A stretch of DNA of 63,775 bases, filler included, from Octopus bimaculoides (Eukaryota), in NCBI RefSeq assembly GCF_001194135.2. It is 7 parts of 6 records of this genome, joined end to end, with 100 filler letters (N's around TTAATTAATTAA, not from the genome) between each part and the next. Parts side by side here need not be neighbours in the genome. Positions count along the whole stretch, not along the records: positions 35,323 to 47,696 come from NC_068984.1; positions 47,797 to 56,962 come from NC_068982.1; 5 more parts are not named here. The stretch is one strand, 5' to 3'. Below are positions 37,140 through 50,749 of the stretch, piece after piece (positions within the stretch are counted from its first letter, which is position 1; each line of letters begins with the position of its first letter). Position numbers and translations under genes: made by a program. Under the pieces are notes generated by a model. It saw nothing but the letters and a program-made list of their open reading frames with translations. It was not told the DNA's origin and ran no database searches.

Positions 37140-37290
37140 AAAAGCAACAAAAGGACGTAGACAATAAATGTATTAGGTTGACGTTCAGTTTAAGATGGAA
37201 GGAAGAAAGTGTGTGTGTGAAACGTTTCGAGCATGGCTCTTCGTCAGAAATGGGAAGAGGAAAGATCAGTAGAGAAGCAAAAAAAAAAAA
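37140..37290 (-). mobile_element. Family D relative with canonical HHR core
   Basis: Minus strand CTGACGA-A-GAGC(CAT)GCTC-GAAAC-GTT at 37221-37247; stem I not evident. Confidence 0.6.
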
Positions 37291-37556
37291 AAAGAAACAG
37301 TATAATATAAGCACGTGTGTGATTATTGAATTGTACACAAATTATTCCAGGACGCATATGTTTTTCTCGAAACTGGTATCACTCATTTTATACAGAATGA
37401 AAACCGTCGTTAACCAGTAGATAAATTGTAGAAACTTGGATTTAGCCTTGTTATATACATTCGCATCATCAAAGCCGTTAGCAACCAGATTTTCAATATT
37501 AAGTCAAAACTTTACAGATTTCAAATCTCTACTAGCTATATTCTTTTGTTCTTTTA

Positions 37557-37750
37557 TTCTTTTATTTGTTTCAGTCATTTGAGTGTGGCCATGCTGGAGC
37601 ACCGCCTTTAGTCGAGCAAATCGACCCTAGGACTTATTCTTTGTGAGCCTATTCTATCGGTATCTTTCGCCAAACAGCTAAACACACCACCATTGGTTGT
37701 CAAGTGATGTTGGGTGGGGGACAAACACAGACACGCAAACATATACATAC
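37557..37750 (-). mobile_element. 3' half of SINE family B
   Basis: TTGTTTCAGTCATTTGAGTGTGGCCATGCTGGAGCACCGCCTTTAGTCGAGCAAATCGACC. Confidence 0.8.
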
Positions 37751-38943
37751 ATGCATACATACATACTGAAATGCGCGAAATACGAGAGTAGAAAAACAGC
37801 CAACAACTGATAAAGGGTCGTTCTTTATGTTGTTTGTCTTGTTTTACATTTGTGTTTTTCGTTGTTCGAAAAAAAAGTTCCTATTCCTTGTCCTCTTNNN
37901 NNNNNNNNNNNNNNNNNNNNNNNNNNNNNNNNNNNNNNNNNNNNNNNNNNNNNNNNNNNNNNNNNNNNNNNNNNNNNNNNNNNNNNNNNNNNNNNNNNNN
38001 NNNNNNNNNNNNNNNNNNNNNNNNNNNNNNNNNNNNNNNNNNNNNNNNNNNNNNNNNNNNNNNNNNNNNNNNNNNNNNNNNNNNNNNNNNNNNNNNNNNN
38101 NNNNNNNNNNNNNNNNNNNNNNNNNNNNNNNNNNNNNNNNNNNNNNNNNNNNNNNNNNNNNNNNNNNNNNNNNNNNNNNNNNNNNNNNNNNNNNNNNNNN
38201 NNNNNNNNNNNNNNNNNNNNNNNNNNNNNNNNNNNNNNNNNNNNNNNNNNNNNNNNNNNNNNTATATATATATATATATACGTATAGATGTAAGTATGTA
38301 CATATACGTATGTATATTATTTATATTATTACACACACACACACACACACAAAGACAAATGATGATGGTTCCGTTATATTTATTTAAACATATATGATTC
38401 TATATTATATGTTGCTTCATTTAGTCTATAGAACATCAGTGTGTGTGTGGGGGGGGGCGCATTTAAATGAAAGTGAAACGTCATGGAAAACGGTTATCGT
38501 AAAGAACAGCTTTCCAAAATTTGTCGTCAGCCGAAGAATCCACTATCAATATAGTTTCTGCCCATTTAACCCATACACGTACATATATGCTGGCTCGTAG
38601 TGTTTGTAAACATCTCTAAGTTGGAGGAGAGTACAGTAAAATGTATGAAAACCTAATTCACAGATGACAACAACATACGAGTGGGAGGAAAAATAGATCC
38701 AGAGTAAAGCTGTTCAATAAAAATAATGTATACAAGCGGGAAGAATATTGGGGAAAATGCTAGAATACGGCTTTCGTCAAAATACAACCTAATAGATGGT
38801 AAAGAACTTAGAACTTGCTAACGAGACGACAGTCGCGATACGGGAGAAAAAAAACCCACTTTAACTGAATAGCATCAGCAGAAGCAGCAGAGAGTTGTGT
38901 ATACATGTGTGAGTATTTTTGTGATATATATATATATATATAT

Positions 38944-39110
38944 GGGAGAATTTACGAAAAAACAACAGACAAAGACAGGTGGTGTAAACAACAAATGGAT
39001 GTATTAGTTTAACGCTCGGGAATAGAGAAAGTCTTTGACGTTTCGAGCCTACGCTCTTCAACTGAAAGGAACACAGAAAGAAATAAGGAGAGAAACAAGG
39101 AGACAAAAAA
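38944..39110 (-). mobile_element. Family D HHR-bearing short repeat
   Basis: Minus strand CCTTT-CAGTTGA-A-GAGC(GTAG)GCTC-GAAAC-GTC-AAAGA (39032-39069); abuts a TA run; nearly identical to 49329-49495. Confidence 0.8.
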
Positions 39111-39576
39111 TATAAATNNNNNNNNNNNNNNNNNNNNNNNNNNNNNNNNNNNNNNNNNNNNNNNNNNNNNNNNNNNNNNNNNNNNNNNNNNNNNNNNNNN
39201 NNNNNNNNNNNNNNNNNNNNNNNNNNNNNNNNNNNNNNNNNNNNNNNNNNNNNNNNNNNNNNNNNNNNNNNNNNNNNNNNNNNNNNNNNNNNNNNNNNNN
39301 NNNNNNNNNNNNNNNNNNNNNNNNNNNNNNNNNNNNNNNNNNNNNNNNNNNNNNNNNNNNNNNNNNNNNNNNNNNNNNNNNNNNNNNNNNNNNNNNNNNN
39401 NNNNNNNNNNNNNNNNNNNNNNNNNNNNNNNNNNNNNNNNNNNNNNNNNNNNNNNNNNNNNNNNNNNNNNNNNNNNNNNNNNNNNNNNNNNNNNNNNNNN
39501 NNNNNNNNNNNNNNNNNNNNNNNNNNNNNNNNNNNNNNNNNNNNNNNNNNNNNNNNNNNNNNNNNNNNNNNNNNNN

Positions 39577-39645
<69 letters not shown>

Positions 39646-40974
39646 ATATATATATCGAAAGGAAAGAATGAGAGGAGGAGGATGAAGAGGTGGAAGAGTG
39701 AGAGAGAGAGTGAAGGGGAAGGTAAAAACGAAAACAGAAAGTTAAAACGAGAGAAATAGTAGTAGTATTGAAATAGCTTAAATTAATTTTTTTCCTTGAT
39801 AGAAATTGTGATATCTTCCAAAAGTTTCAGCCAAACATACGCAAAAGGTGTTGGGGAATTCATTAAAGAATCCAGTTTTTATGCTTCAATATCTCTCTTC
39901 GAAAAAGAGAAATCGAGACAAAAGAGAAATCAAGACAAAGAAAGAAAGAAAAAACAATAATAGCGAGAGGGAATAACAGAAGCAGAAATAAAAGATTAAT
40001 AATATGAGAGGGACGAGGAAAAAAGAGAGAGGGAGGAGAAAGAGAGAGAGAGGAGGAGGAGTGAGGGAGGGAGAATATGAGAAAGTGAGACATAGATGCA
40101 GGTGATAGACATAAGAATAACATTTTGATAGGTGGCCAGTTTTCATAGAAACAACACTAAGCTGGTGATGTTTGAAGCCAATAGCTTATTGGTAGGAGTG
40201 ATCAATTAAAAGTAGCAGAAGTGTATATAGCCAGCTTGATTGGATCTAAGTTGTTCATTGACTTCACTCAGTATCTAAGATCAATGAAAAACTAGAGTAG
40301 GACGGGTTTTTTTTTCTTCTTCCGTTTTTTATTTTCTCATCCTCTCTCTCTCTCTCTCTTCTCGGTCATATATGAAAATAAATATATAAAAAAGTAAATA
40401 AATACATATATATATATATATATATATATGTATGTTTTAGTATATGAATGTGCATGTGCGTGTATGTATGTATATNNNNNNNNNNNNNNNNNNNNNNNNN
40501 NNNNNNNNNNNNNNNNNNNNNNNNNNNNNNNNNNNNNNNNNNNNNNNNNNNNNNNNNNNNNNNNNNNNNNNNNNNNNNNNNNNNNNNNNNNNNNNNNNNN
40601 NNNNNNNNNNNNNNNNNNNNNNNNNNNNNNNNNNNNNNNNNNNNNNNNNNNNNNNNNNNNNNNNNNNNNNNNNNNNNNNNNNNNNNNNNNNNNNNNNNNN
40701 NNNNNNNNNNNNNNNNNNNNNNNNNNNNNNNNNNNNNNNNNNNNNNNNATATATATATAATTAAGGGATCAGCAAATATTTGCTTCACCATATACCGAAG
40801 TTCAGAAATAGCAGCTAAAAAAGCTGAGAATCCCACAGATATTAATTAATAAATTGATAATCCTTTACCCTTTTAATTTGTAATATATATATATATATAT
40901 ACATGTACATGCATACACATATATACATACACATATATACTTGTATATATATATGTATATATGTACACAACGTT

Positions 40975-41135
40975 TTTCTTTTACTTGTTTCAGTCATTTG
41001 ACGGTGGCCATGCTGGAGTACCACCCTTTAATCGAAGAAATTGACCCCTGGATTTATTCCCTGCAAGCCTGGTGCTTATTCTATCAGTCTCTTCTGCTGA
41101 ACAGCTAAATTATAGGGACGCAAATGCACCAACAT
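40975..41135 (-). mobile_element. 3' half of SINE family B
   Basis: TTACTTGTTTCAGTCATTTGACGGTGGCCATGCTGGAGTACCACC. Confidence 0.7.
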
Positions 41136-41609
41136 CGAAAACGAAATAATAAATGTATTTATGAATGAAAGTTTGGTAATTGCGTTTATTTCCACCACGT
41201 GACACATATTTTTGCAAACATGTTTTAACTAACCTAAACTATACTCACAAACAAATACATTCATATATATATGTCTCGAATTGTAGCTGTAATTCAAAGG
41301 GGCCAGCCTTGTCACATTCTGTGTGAGGCTGAGTCTTCCTGAGAACTACGCTAATGTTATGCATGTCTGTGGCGTACTCAGCAATTTGTGAGTTAATTGT
41401 ATCCTCATGTGGTAATGAAAAGTGAATTTGACATCCAATATTTGCTGTGTCTATGTATCTATGCATGAACTTTTCTTTGGATTTATGTATCTACTGTCTC
41501 TCTCACTTTCTCTCTTTCTCTTTCATTTCCTTTGTGTCCCTCTTCTCTCCCGCTTTTGATTGAACAATGCGTATATGTATCTGTGTATTTACTTCTCTTG
41601 CAATGTGAT

Positions 41610-41651
41610 AAACATTTAAAAACACAAAACGAACGCCGTCACCACTCACTG

Positions 41652-41736
<85 letters not shown>

Positions 41737-41788
41737 GAAACATTTAAAAGCACAAAACGAACGCCGTCACCACTCACTGTCTCTTTCA
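41610..41788. repeat. 51-bp direct repeat flanking a (CT)n run
   Basis: 41610-41660 vs 41738-41788, one mismatch. Confidence 0.9.
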
Positions 41789-42027
41789 CTCTTCCTCTTT
41801 CTCTCTCACCTCTCACTTTCTCTCTCACCTCTCACTTTCTCTCTCACCTCTCACTTTTTCTCTCACTTTCTCTTTTACTCCCACACACTCTCTCTATCCC
41901 TTTCTCTCTTACTTCCTCTCTGTCCTTCTCTTTCTCGCTTTTCTACTTTGAAGTAAGTATGACACACACACATCAGGTACGTACAAAGACAAAAAGTTAG
42001 CGTATTAATATTATTGATAATAATAAT

Positions 42028-42059
<32 letters not shown>

Positions 42060-42214
42060 AGAAGAAGAAGAAGAAGAAGAAGAAGAAGAAGAAGAAGAAG
42101 AAGAAGAAGAAGACGTTGATGATCATTGATAAGAAAAAAAGAGCGTGTGGTTTCGGGTTCAGTCTCACTCAAACGCGCAACAACCTAGGCAAGTATTTTC
42201 TATTATAGCTACAG

Positions 42215-42530
42215 GCCAAACTCTACCTTGTAAGTGAATTTGGTAGATGGAAACTGTGTGGAAGCCCGTCGTATATGCTTGTGTAATAAGTATGTATGTA
42301 TGCATGTATGTATGTATGAACGTATGAGTATGAGTGTATGTGTCTTTTTCGCTTGCCAACCAGTATTGGTTTGTTTATGTTCCTGCAACTTAGAGGTTCA
42401 GCGACAGTGACCGATAGAAAATACACTGGACTTAAAAATTAAGTACTGGGGTCGATTTGATCAACTACACTCTTCAAGGCGGTGCCTGAATATGGCTACA
42501 GTCTAATGACAGAAACAAGTAAATGAAAAA
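42215..42530 (+). mobile_element. SINE family B, 5'-truncated
   Basis: GGTAGATGGAAACTG...GAAGCCCGTCGTATATG, internal microsatellite, tail GGCTACAGTCTAATGACAGAAACAAGTAAA. Confidence 0.7.
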
Positions 42531-42594
42531 AGAATAGATAACACGTAAATAAATCTGTGTGAAAATGCACACCCATCCATCCATACACACATAT

Positions 42595-42861
42595 ACATAC
42601 ATACATACATACATACATACATGGTGGTTGTCTACTCCTTATGTAAAGTTTTACCACCTCTTATACTTACACCTTAGATCTATCATGGCGTCTGATGCAG
42701 CTTTTTAAAACAAGACATTGTATTGAAAAGACATCCACAGATTGCATATCTGATTTAAACCACCAAGAGCAACAGTTAAGATCTTTGTGGATCTTAAAAT
42801 GTCTGTTGAGGCCTCCGTTAGATTCGCTGACCTTATGGCATACACGGCATTGAAAGGTGCG

Positions 42862-42902
<41 letters not shown>

Positions 42903-44800
42903 NNNNNNNNNNTATAGACAGAGTAGTTGGCGGAGGTTCCTTTTTCATGGATCAACAAATGAGATTTGAGCCAAACAAAAGAAAGGCATGGTTTGTCACA
43001 AACTGTGCACACAAAGTGATCACTGAGATTCACCTTCTCAATCGCAACATTCTTCTTTAAATCTCACTTGAGTCTTGCATGTGTTATCCTGGCCTCTTCA
43101 AATGCTTTCGCTTCACTCCACATTTTTGTTCGTCATCCAGCTCCGATCCTAAGCAAGGGTTTCTATCGTCTTTGGACTCGTTCCAAGTTCCTCAGCGTAG
43201 TCCATATGCCGTCCTTAAACTTCTTTTAAAGTTTACACTGATTGCGTTTCCCCTCTGCAAGCACGCCATAAAACAACTGTTTGGGTGTGCGTTCACCCTC
43301 CATTCGAACAATATGGCCAGACTATCTCATTTGATTTTTCAGATTGCCTGCAGATGCAAAGACATTCGTGTCTAGAGTAAAAGACACCTCATTTTATGTT
43401 TAAAATGCGGCGGAGGCATTTTTAGTGGAATCGTTCTAACAATTTGAAATGTCTTTCATAACATGTCCATGGTAAGACAAACAATTTGTAAAGAGCCAAT
43501 TTTGTGTTGTCATTTATGTCATTGGCACCAAATGCTTGTGCTGCCCTTTGAATTTGCAGATGTAATTCTATGTCTAGATTTTAATCATTTTGTACAGAGC
43601 TTTCGAGTAAGATGAAAGAGTCAACAACCTCAAGTAACTTACCCGTGTAGGTTGATACATTACAACTGTTTTTATCAAGTTGACGGTCAAGTCAAAATCA
43701 TCACAAGCTGAGTCGAATGTAGACACAAGAGATTGCAGGCCCGTTTCAGAGTGACTGACTAGATTGCAATCGTCAACGTATAAGAGTTCCCTGGTGAGAG
43801 AAGTAAAAACCTTTGTTTTGAACTTCAGTCTGGTCAGATTAAAAACATTCCTTGTTGTTCCATATTTTATGTAAATACCCTTCTTGGAGTTTCCGAAAGC
43901 GTGTGACAGCAGAACAGCAAAGTATATTGCAAAGAGAATGGGTGCATCAAGCTCTCCCTGCTTTACTCCATTTTCCATAGCAAAAGATTCAGAGAGCCTA
44001 CCACCAAAATTAACTCTAGCCTTCATATCTTGATGCAAAGCCCTGATCATGTTTACAAATTTTTCTGGGCAACCTTTTATTCTTACAATGAACCACAGAG
44101 CATTTCGATTAGCAGTATTGAATACATTGCTTAAATCAACAAAGCAAGGGTATGTGGCAAGATTTTGTTCAATGCACTTTTCCTGAAATTGTCTGATAGT
44201 AAAGATACAATCAGCTGTGCTCCTGGAGGAGCGAAAACAACATTAAGACTCAGACACCATATTTGGAACAATGAAGGTATTTAAACGTTCTAACATAATG
44301 CGGCATAATACCTTTCAAAATACAAAAGCGAAATCCTACAAAAATTACCACACAGATCTTTGGCCCCGATTTCTACAAAGAGACTAAAATGGCATCAGTC
44401 CAGTCTTGGGGCACTTCCGCAGTTCTCTGACTAAGTAATATATTTAAGAGTTCAAGCATTTTGTCACCCCTATATTTCAAGACCTCTGCAGATTCCATCA
44501 GTCCCTGAAGACTTACTGTTATTTAGCTTATTCACAGCTACATAAATGTCATTTAGAGTTGGTTAAATGTCATCTCAACTATAACTGGAAAGTGTTCGAT
44601 TTTTTCTATCATTCACATGTCAACTGATGATGGGCTATTCAAAAGAACAGAAAAATGTTCTACCCAGCACTTATGAATAGAAGTGGTGTCAGTCAAAAAG
44701 CAAATGTTCATTTGTTGTTCTCACTGGAGCTATTGAAGAAAATTTTGAGCTATATATCTCCTTGACATAAGTGCATCATTTCTATCAGCTACTTCTTGTG
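42595..44800 (-). mobile_element. 5'-truncated, decayed RTE-clade LINE with (ATGT)n tail
   Basis: RT motifs GVKQGELDAPILFAIYF and LLYVDDCNLV (43574-44050), upstream CWVEHF, downstream RMEGERTPKQLFYG, C-terminal C2H2-like motifs, 3' end ...GGAGTAGACAACCACC then (ATGT)n. Confidence 0.9.
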
Positions 44801-44893
44801 CCGGGGTTCATGAACTGAGAAAGAAGTGTATTGCCCAAGTTTTGTTTTTCTAAAATAAGATCATGAATTTCTTGTGATTTGTCTGAAAACCAA

Positions 44894-44924
<31 letters not shown>

Positions 44925-45168
44925 CAAAAAAAAATACCCTGCTGTTGGTCTTGAAATTCAAATGAAGGAGCCTTGGATCTAAGTTAGAAACCGATTCTTT
45001 CTCTAGTGGCAAGAAATCTTGAAATAAACTGAATAATGACATACATACAGATGTATGTATATATTCATGCATTCATCTGGCTATATCTATTCAATCACTC
45101 GCTGCCCATTTACATTCATTAGTATCATCTGTTCGTAAATTTCATGTCACATCAGACGGCAATTTGAA

Positions 45169-45246
<78 letters not shown>

Positions 45247-45944
45247 GAGTAGAATTGTGTTCGCATATAATTTACTCGTATCTTCGTATTTTTCTGCAAA
45301 GTATATGCGTGTTTATGTAAACGTATTTGTATTATGACGCATGTATACATGTAAATAAGAAAATTGGAAAACGGATATTTGGAGGTTTCAACCCTGTTAT
45401 ATTCCAGATGTTCGATTAAGTCAAATACATATTCATTATTTAAGCGTGAAAGTGACTGAGACATGAAGAGACAGATGTATTCTAAACCCAATCATCAAAA
45501 AGAATCTGCGTGATATATCATATTAAGCTACATTCGTGAATTACAGATATAGTGCACTCAACGCGCTTCCGCACATTTTCCGCTTCTCAATTTCAGTCAC
45601 AAAGTGTGGGTCACTCTGGGGTTATGATAAAATACACATGCCTAGAACACCAAGAAGCAGTGATATCCTAAACCCAAGACCTTATTGTTGTGAAGCAAAC
45701 CTCTTAACTAGTTAACCATACCAAGGATTATATATACACAAAAACACCCACAGGCTTGCACACACGCGTCTGTACACATACACTGAAGTGAGCAGTTGCC
45801 GAAAAGTCTCGGAAGATTTTATATCGGTATATACAGGCATATTGGTATATACAGGCATATTTTCATATCGGTATATTCAGGCATATTTTCTATATATAGG
45901 TATATTCGAGGTTCTTATATTGCCTCTATTTCTTACGCATTAGG

Positions 45945-46002
45945 AGTCGCAATGGACCAATGGTTAGGGCAGCGGACTCGCGGTCATAGGATCGCGGTTT
46001 CG

Positions 46003-46005
<3 letters not shown>
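45945..46005 (+). mobile_element. tRNA-like head of SINE family C
   Basis: TGGACCAATGGTTAGGGCAGCGGACTCGCGGTCATAGGATCGCGGTTTCGATTC, truncated by a CA run and a gap. Confidence 0.55.
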
Positions 46006-46046
<41 letters not shown>

Positions 46047-46856
46047 NNNNNNNNNNNNNNNNNNNNNNNNNNNNNNNNNNNNNNNNNNNNNNNNNNNNNN
46101 NNNNNNNNNNNNNNNNNNNNNNNNNNNNNNNNNNNNNNNNNNNNNNNNNNNNNNNNNNNNNNNNNNNNNNNNNNNNNNNNNNNNNNNNNNNNNNNNNNNN
46201 NNNNNNNNNNNNNNNNNNNNNNNNNNNNNNNNNNNNNNNNNNNNNNNNNNNNNNNNNNNNNNNNNNNNNNNNNNNNNNNNNNNNNNNNNNNNNNNNNNNN
46301 NNNNNNNNNNNNNNNNNNNNNNNNNNNNNNNNNNNNNNNNNNNNNNNNNNNNNNNNNNNNNNNNNNNNNNNNNNNNNNNNNNNNNNNNNNNNNNNNNNNN
46401 NNNNNNNNNNNNNNNNNNNNNNNNNNNNNNNNNNNNNNNNNNNNNNNNNNNNNNNNNNNNNNNNNNNNNNNNNNNNNNNNNNNNNNNNNNNNNNNNNNNN
46501 NNNNNNNNNNNNNNNNNNNNNNNNNNNNNNNNNNNNNNNNNNNNNNNNNNNNNNNNNNNNNNNNNNNNNNNNNNNNNNNNNNNNNNNNNNNNNNNNNNNN
46601 NNNNNNNNNNNNNNNNNNNNNNNNNNNNNNNNNNNNNNNNNNNNNNNNNNNNNNNNNNNNNNNNNNNNNNNNNNNNNNNNNNNNNNNNNNNNNNNNNNNN
46701 NNNNNNNNNNNNNNNNNNNNNNNNNNNNNNNNNNNNNNNNNNNNNNNNNNNNNNNNNNNNNNNNNATTTGGCAAGTGGTACGTGTACAATATGGCGACAT
46801 ACATTTTCAATCCATTAGAGAACACACACCTAACAGTAAAAAATAAACAGATGAGC

Positions 46857-46859
<3 letters not shown>

Positions 46860-46927
<68 letters not shown>
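46860..46927. repeat. (TAA)n microsatellite
   Basis: Direct reading. Confidence 0.95.
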
Positions 46928-46930
<3 letters not shown>

Positions 46931-47917
46931 AAGAAGAAGAAGAACAACAAGAACAACAACAACGGCGTCTACAATAACAACGAGGACAACAACTATAACG
47001 GCCATAAATAGAAATGTTGAGAAATAAGAAATAAAGGAAACAGGCGTTCAATAACAAATAACTCAAAACCAAACACAACAAAAGTAAAAAAAAAAAAAGC
47101 TGAAGAAAACCCTTTTGATATATTCTTCCTTTCAACGTTTGCTAAAATGTGAAAGCTTTTGAAAGCCGGAGGAGAAATAAGTATTTATTAAATGCTCAGC
47201 GAATATATTTTACTTTCTTACTCCTATACACAATCTGAACATGATTCAACAAGCTTGTAACAGTTGCCTGCATGCAACGGTATACGATTGCAAAATTTCA
47301 TATACCTGATTGCGGCATAGTTACTTGCGACATAACAGTATTTTTTTCCCTCTCCCTTTGTGTTGTTATTGATGTACATTTTTGTTAAGTTATTCGTTAT
47401 ATTTCTCTTGATGACACTGAATAAACGTTGTGTGCATGTATGTATGAATGCATGTATGTATGTATGTATGTATGTATGTATGTATGTATGTATGTATGTG
47501 TGCATGTATGCATCTTTTATTTTTTACTTGTTTCGGTTATCGGACTGCGGCTTGAAGTGTATGTATTTGCAGACTGACAGTTAGGCATATAAACACATAT
47601 ACCAATATACGTATGTATGTGAATATATATGTGCGCGAATATAAGTATATATTTATATACACGTATATATATGTATGTATCTCTCTCTCTCTCTCTNNNN
47701 NNNNNNNNNNNNNNNNNNNNNNNNNNNNNNNNNNNNNNNNTTAATTAATTAANNNNNNNNNNNNNNNNNNNNNNNNNNNNNNNNNNNNNNNNNNNNATTA
47801 CTAGAGTGGGCCATGGTGCCCCATATATGACTGAAAGACTTTACCAGGTGGTGCTATTAAGTTAGGCGTGGCTTGGGCCTATACTGGCCGAAAACTATCA
47901 AAGTTATCAAAGTTAAG

Positions 47918-47991
<74 letters not shown>

Positions 47992-48149
47992 AGCAGAAAT
48001 ATATATAAGCAGACAACTCTGAGTTACAGTTTTTTTGTTATATTTCTGGTGCTTTTAAATAAAGCATGTTACTCTACCTCTGGTATTTGAGTGCTTTTTT
48101 TTACACCTTGTTGCACATTTCATGTGCTTACTCCGGTATATATGTATAT

Positions 48150-48330
48150 ATTTGTGTGTCTGTGTTTGTCCCCACCACCATCACTTGACAACCGATGTTG
48201 GTGTGTTTACATCCCCGTAACTTAGCAGATCGGCAAACAAGACCAATAGGACAAGTACTAGGTTTACAAAGAATAAGTCCTGGGATTGATTAGTTCAACT
48301 ACAGGTGGTGCTCCAGCATGATTGAAAGGA
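48150..48330 (+). mobile_element. 3' half of SINE family B
   Basis: TGTGTTTGTCCCACC...ACTTGACAACCGATGTTGGTG...GGTGGTGCTCCAGCATG. Confidence 0.75.
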
Positions 48331-49328
48331 ATAGAAAAGTAAATAATTAAATCATTGGTGGATTAATTCAAAACAATGTAAATAAATTTGACACAGTAAT
48401 CTGAATGCTAAAGGGTTATTGAATCACAAAAATACTGTAATACATGTGTTCATACCAAAAAACCTTAAAAGTCTCCATGGATCTCACATTAATGTATAAA
48501 TCTAATATTCATCACATCTTTTGCTTTTGATGAAAATCTAAGCCAGCAGTTTCCCTACATCATCTGTACGCAATTTTGTGTGTTCACTGCTTCACAATCT
48601 GTAATAATATGGATCATAAAAGACTGAGACATGGTTCAATGGCATCGCTGACATGCTATGGGAAAATACAATCTTAGGGAAGCAGTGCACTGCTTGACGG
48701 ATTCATAGAAAACAGCACCCTTCTCATCGATTTTGCTACACTCAATGTACTCATTTATGCTGAATGCACGCATCATATTTTGGCAGAATCATTGCCTGGT
48801 GAGAGGTTATGGTTTAAGCACTACTGTAACAACATTTTAAAATATTTTATGATTCTTCTGTGCTTCCATACAACCATATACACGTTCCTATAACTAATAG
48901 TCAATTTTGTATATGAATATCTTGCATATCAAATTGTGCAGGACATAGGTACATCTCAGAAAATTAGAATATCAGACAGAAAAAAACTTGATATATGTTA
49001 TCACTTAAGGCCAGAGATTAAAAATTTTAATTGTATTTGCTTCAGTAAATCAAAACTAATCGATTCACATCATTTTATTGATAAACTAACATTTACAGTA
49101 ATCATGTAGGGATTGCTAAAATCCAGTATCTCAAAATATTAGAACGTAATATCTGAACATCCATAATATGTCATTACAATACAACAAGCTGGTCAGAAGT
49201 TGAAAGATGGGTATAGAATGAATGCTAATGTATGTTTGGAACTTCTTTTGGCTTCAATGACTGCCTACTGACTTGTAAAGACCGTCATGCACATTCACCA
49301 TGATAGATCGCTGACCACCACATTCATA

Positions 49329-49495
49329 TTTTTTTCTCCTTGTTTCTCTCCTTATTTCTTTCTGTGTTCCTTTCAGTTGAAGAGCGTAGGTTCAAAACGT
49401 CAAAGACTTTCTCTATTCCCGAGCGTTAAACTAATACATCCATTTGTTGTTTACACCACCTGTCTTTGTCTGTTGTTTTTTTCATAAATTCTCCC
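49329..49495 (+). mobile_element. Family D HHR-bearing short repeat
   Basis: CCTTT-CAGTTGA-A-GAGCGTAGGTTC-AAAAC-GTC-AAAGA (GAAA mutated); ends ...AATTCTCCC then TA. Confidence 0.8.
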
Positions 49496-49500
49496 ATATA

Positions 49501-50257
49501 TACAGGGTGTGGTGAATATATTGTCGTCTAAATTACGCAAAAATGAAAATAACACTGATATCTCATTTTAACAGATATATTTACCAAAGTTACATTAAAA
49601 TATCTTGAAATACTAAAGAGTAAATTTATTCAATAAGATCACCATTGGCTTCAACCACGGCCTCCAGATGACATTGAAATTTCCTGCAACTCTTCTGGAT
49701 GGTTTCCTTGTTAAGTTGGTCAATGCTGCCATAATCCTTGTCTTCAGTTCATCCTTAGTATTACAAGGAGTTTTGTTGGTCTCTCACTTAACTGTGCCCC
49801 ACACATAAACCAAGGGGGTTGCCGTGTGGGGAGTTAGGTGGCCAGATGTTGGGGGTGACGTGGTGGCAGAAATTATCTGACAGCCATGACTGGGATCTCC
49901 TGCTTGTGTGGCATGGTGCAGAGTCCTGTTGCCAGACCTAGGGTCTTTCAGCAGCCACCCTCTGGACCAATGGTAGCACTATCTCCTCCAGGTACTTGAT
50001 GTAGGCCTCCATCTCGTGTCAGAGGCCATGTGGGAAGATGAATGGAGCCATAAGGTTGCCATCACTAATAACTACACCAAATACTATGATGTTGACTGGA
50101 TGCTTGATTTTTACCACTCTCGGTACATGTTATCAGATTGACACCCAAACACTTTGAAATGTTCATGTTAGAGCTTCTGGCATGAATGCCAAACAGTATA
50201 GCATGTCGTTTCCAGATTTCTGACAGAGTGAATTGTATCATGGTGCTGTTTTTAAGT
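49501..50257 (-). mobile_element. Internally deleted Tc1/mariner-superfamily DD37D (maT-like) transposon
   Basis: Minus strand: N-terminal MIQFTLSEIWKRHAILFG... joins to KHPVNIIVFGVVISDG...VWQQDSAPCHTSRRSQSWLSDNF...WPPNSP..NPL; about 37 residues from the QQD aspartate to the decayed third D; end TACAGGGTG. Confidence 0.8.
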
Positions 50258-50678
50258 AGGGCTGGATTAAAACCCATAGAGGCCCTAAGCACTTAAAACA
50301 TTTTAGTGTCCCCATATATATTTAATTCAAAATAGAAACAACAATGAACCATAAAATAAGTTTTTATTTTTCAAAATGAAACTAAACCAACAGTAAGATG
50401 GAAAATAATGTCTATTTTTGTATAGTTCCACTTTATTTATATTTGAAAAGATTTTCTTACATTTTTTAATTGCGAAGTCTTTGATCAGATCCTCAAAATT
50501 GATCTTACGTTACACATCTGATTTAATATTTACTAGAGACATGGCATCCTGATTATTATCTTAGCAAGTTTGAAGTGATTTCTTTTGTGCCATAAACCAT
50601 TTACCATTTCTGTGGTGCTCCCTCCTTCCCTTGGTGCCCTAAGCACCTGCTTATTTTGCTTAGTGGTTAATCCAGTTT
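50258..50678. mobile_element. hAT-like MITE related to 3290-3685
   Basis: Termini GGGCTGGATTAA / TTAATCCAG; subterminal CAAAATAAGCAG (minus) shared with 3314-3325. Confidence 0.5.
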
Positions 50679-50749
50679 TGGGTTTATGGTCGACACAAGG
50701 TTCAATTCCCACCAGCAATCTTATGACGTTTTATGTCTTCTTTAGTATA

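Noticed and set aside
45945-46005. tRNA-like sequences (also 9110-9190, 51871-51950, 55780-55848)
   Set aside because: SINE heads with box A/B but no complete cloverleaf; they continue into SINE bodies.
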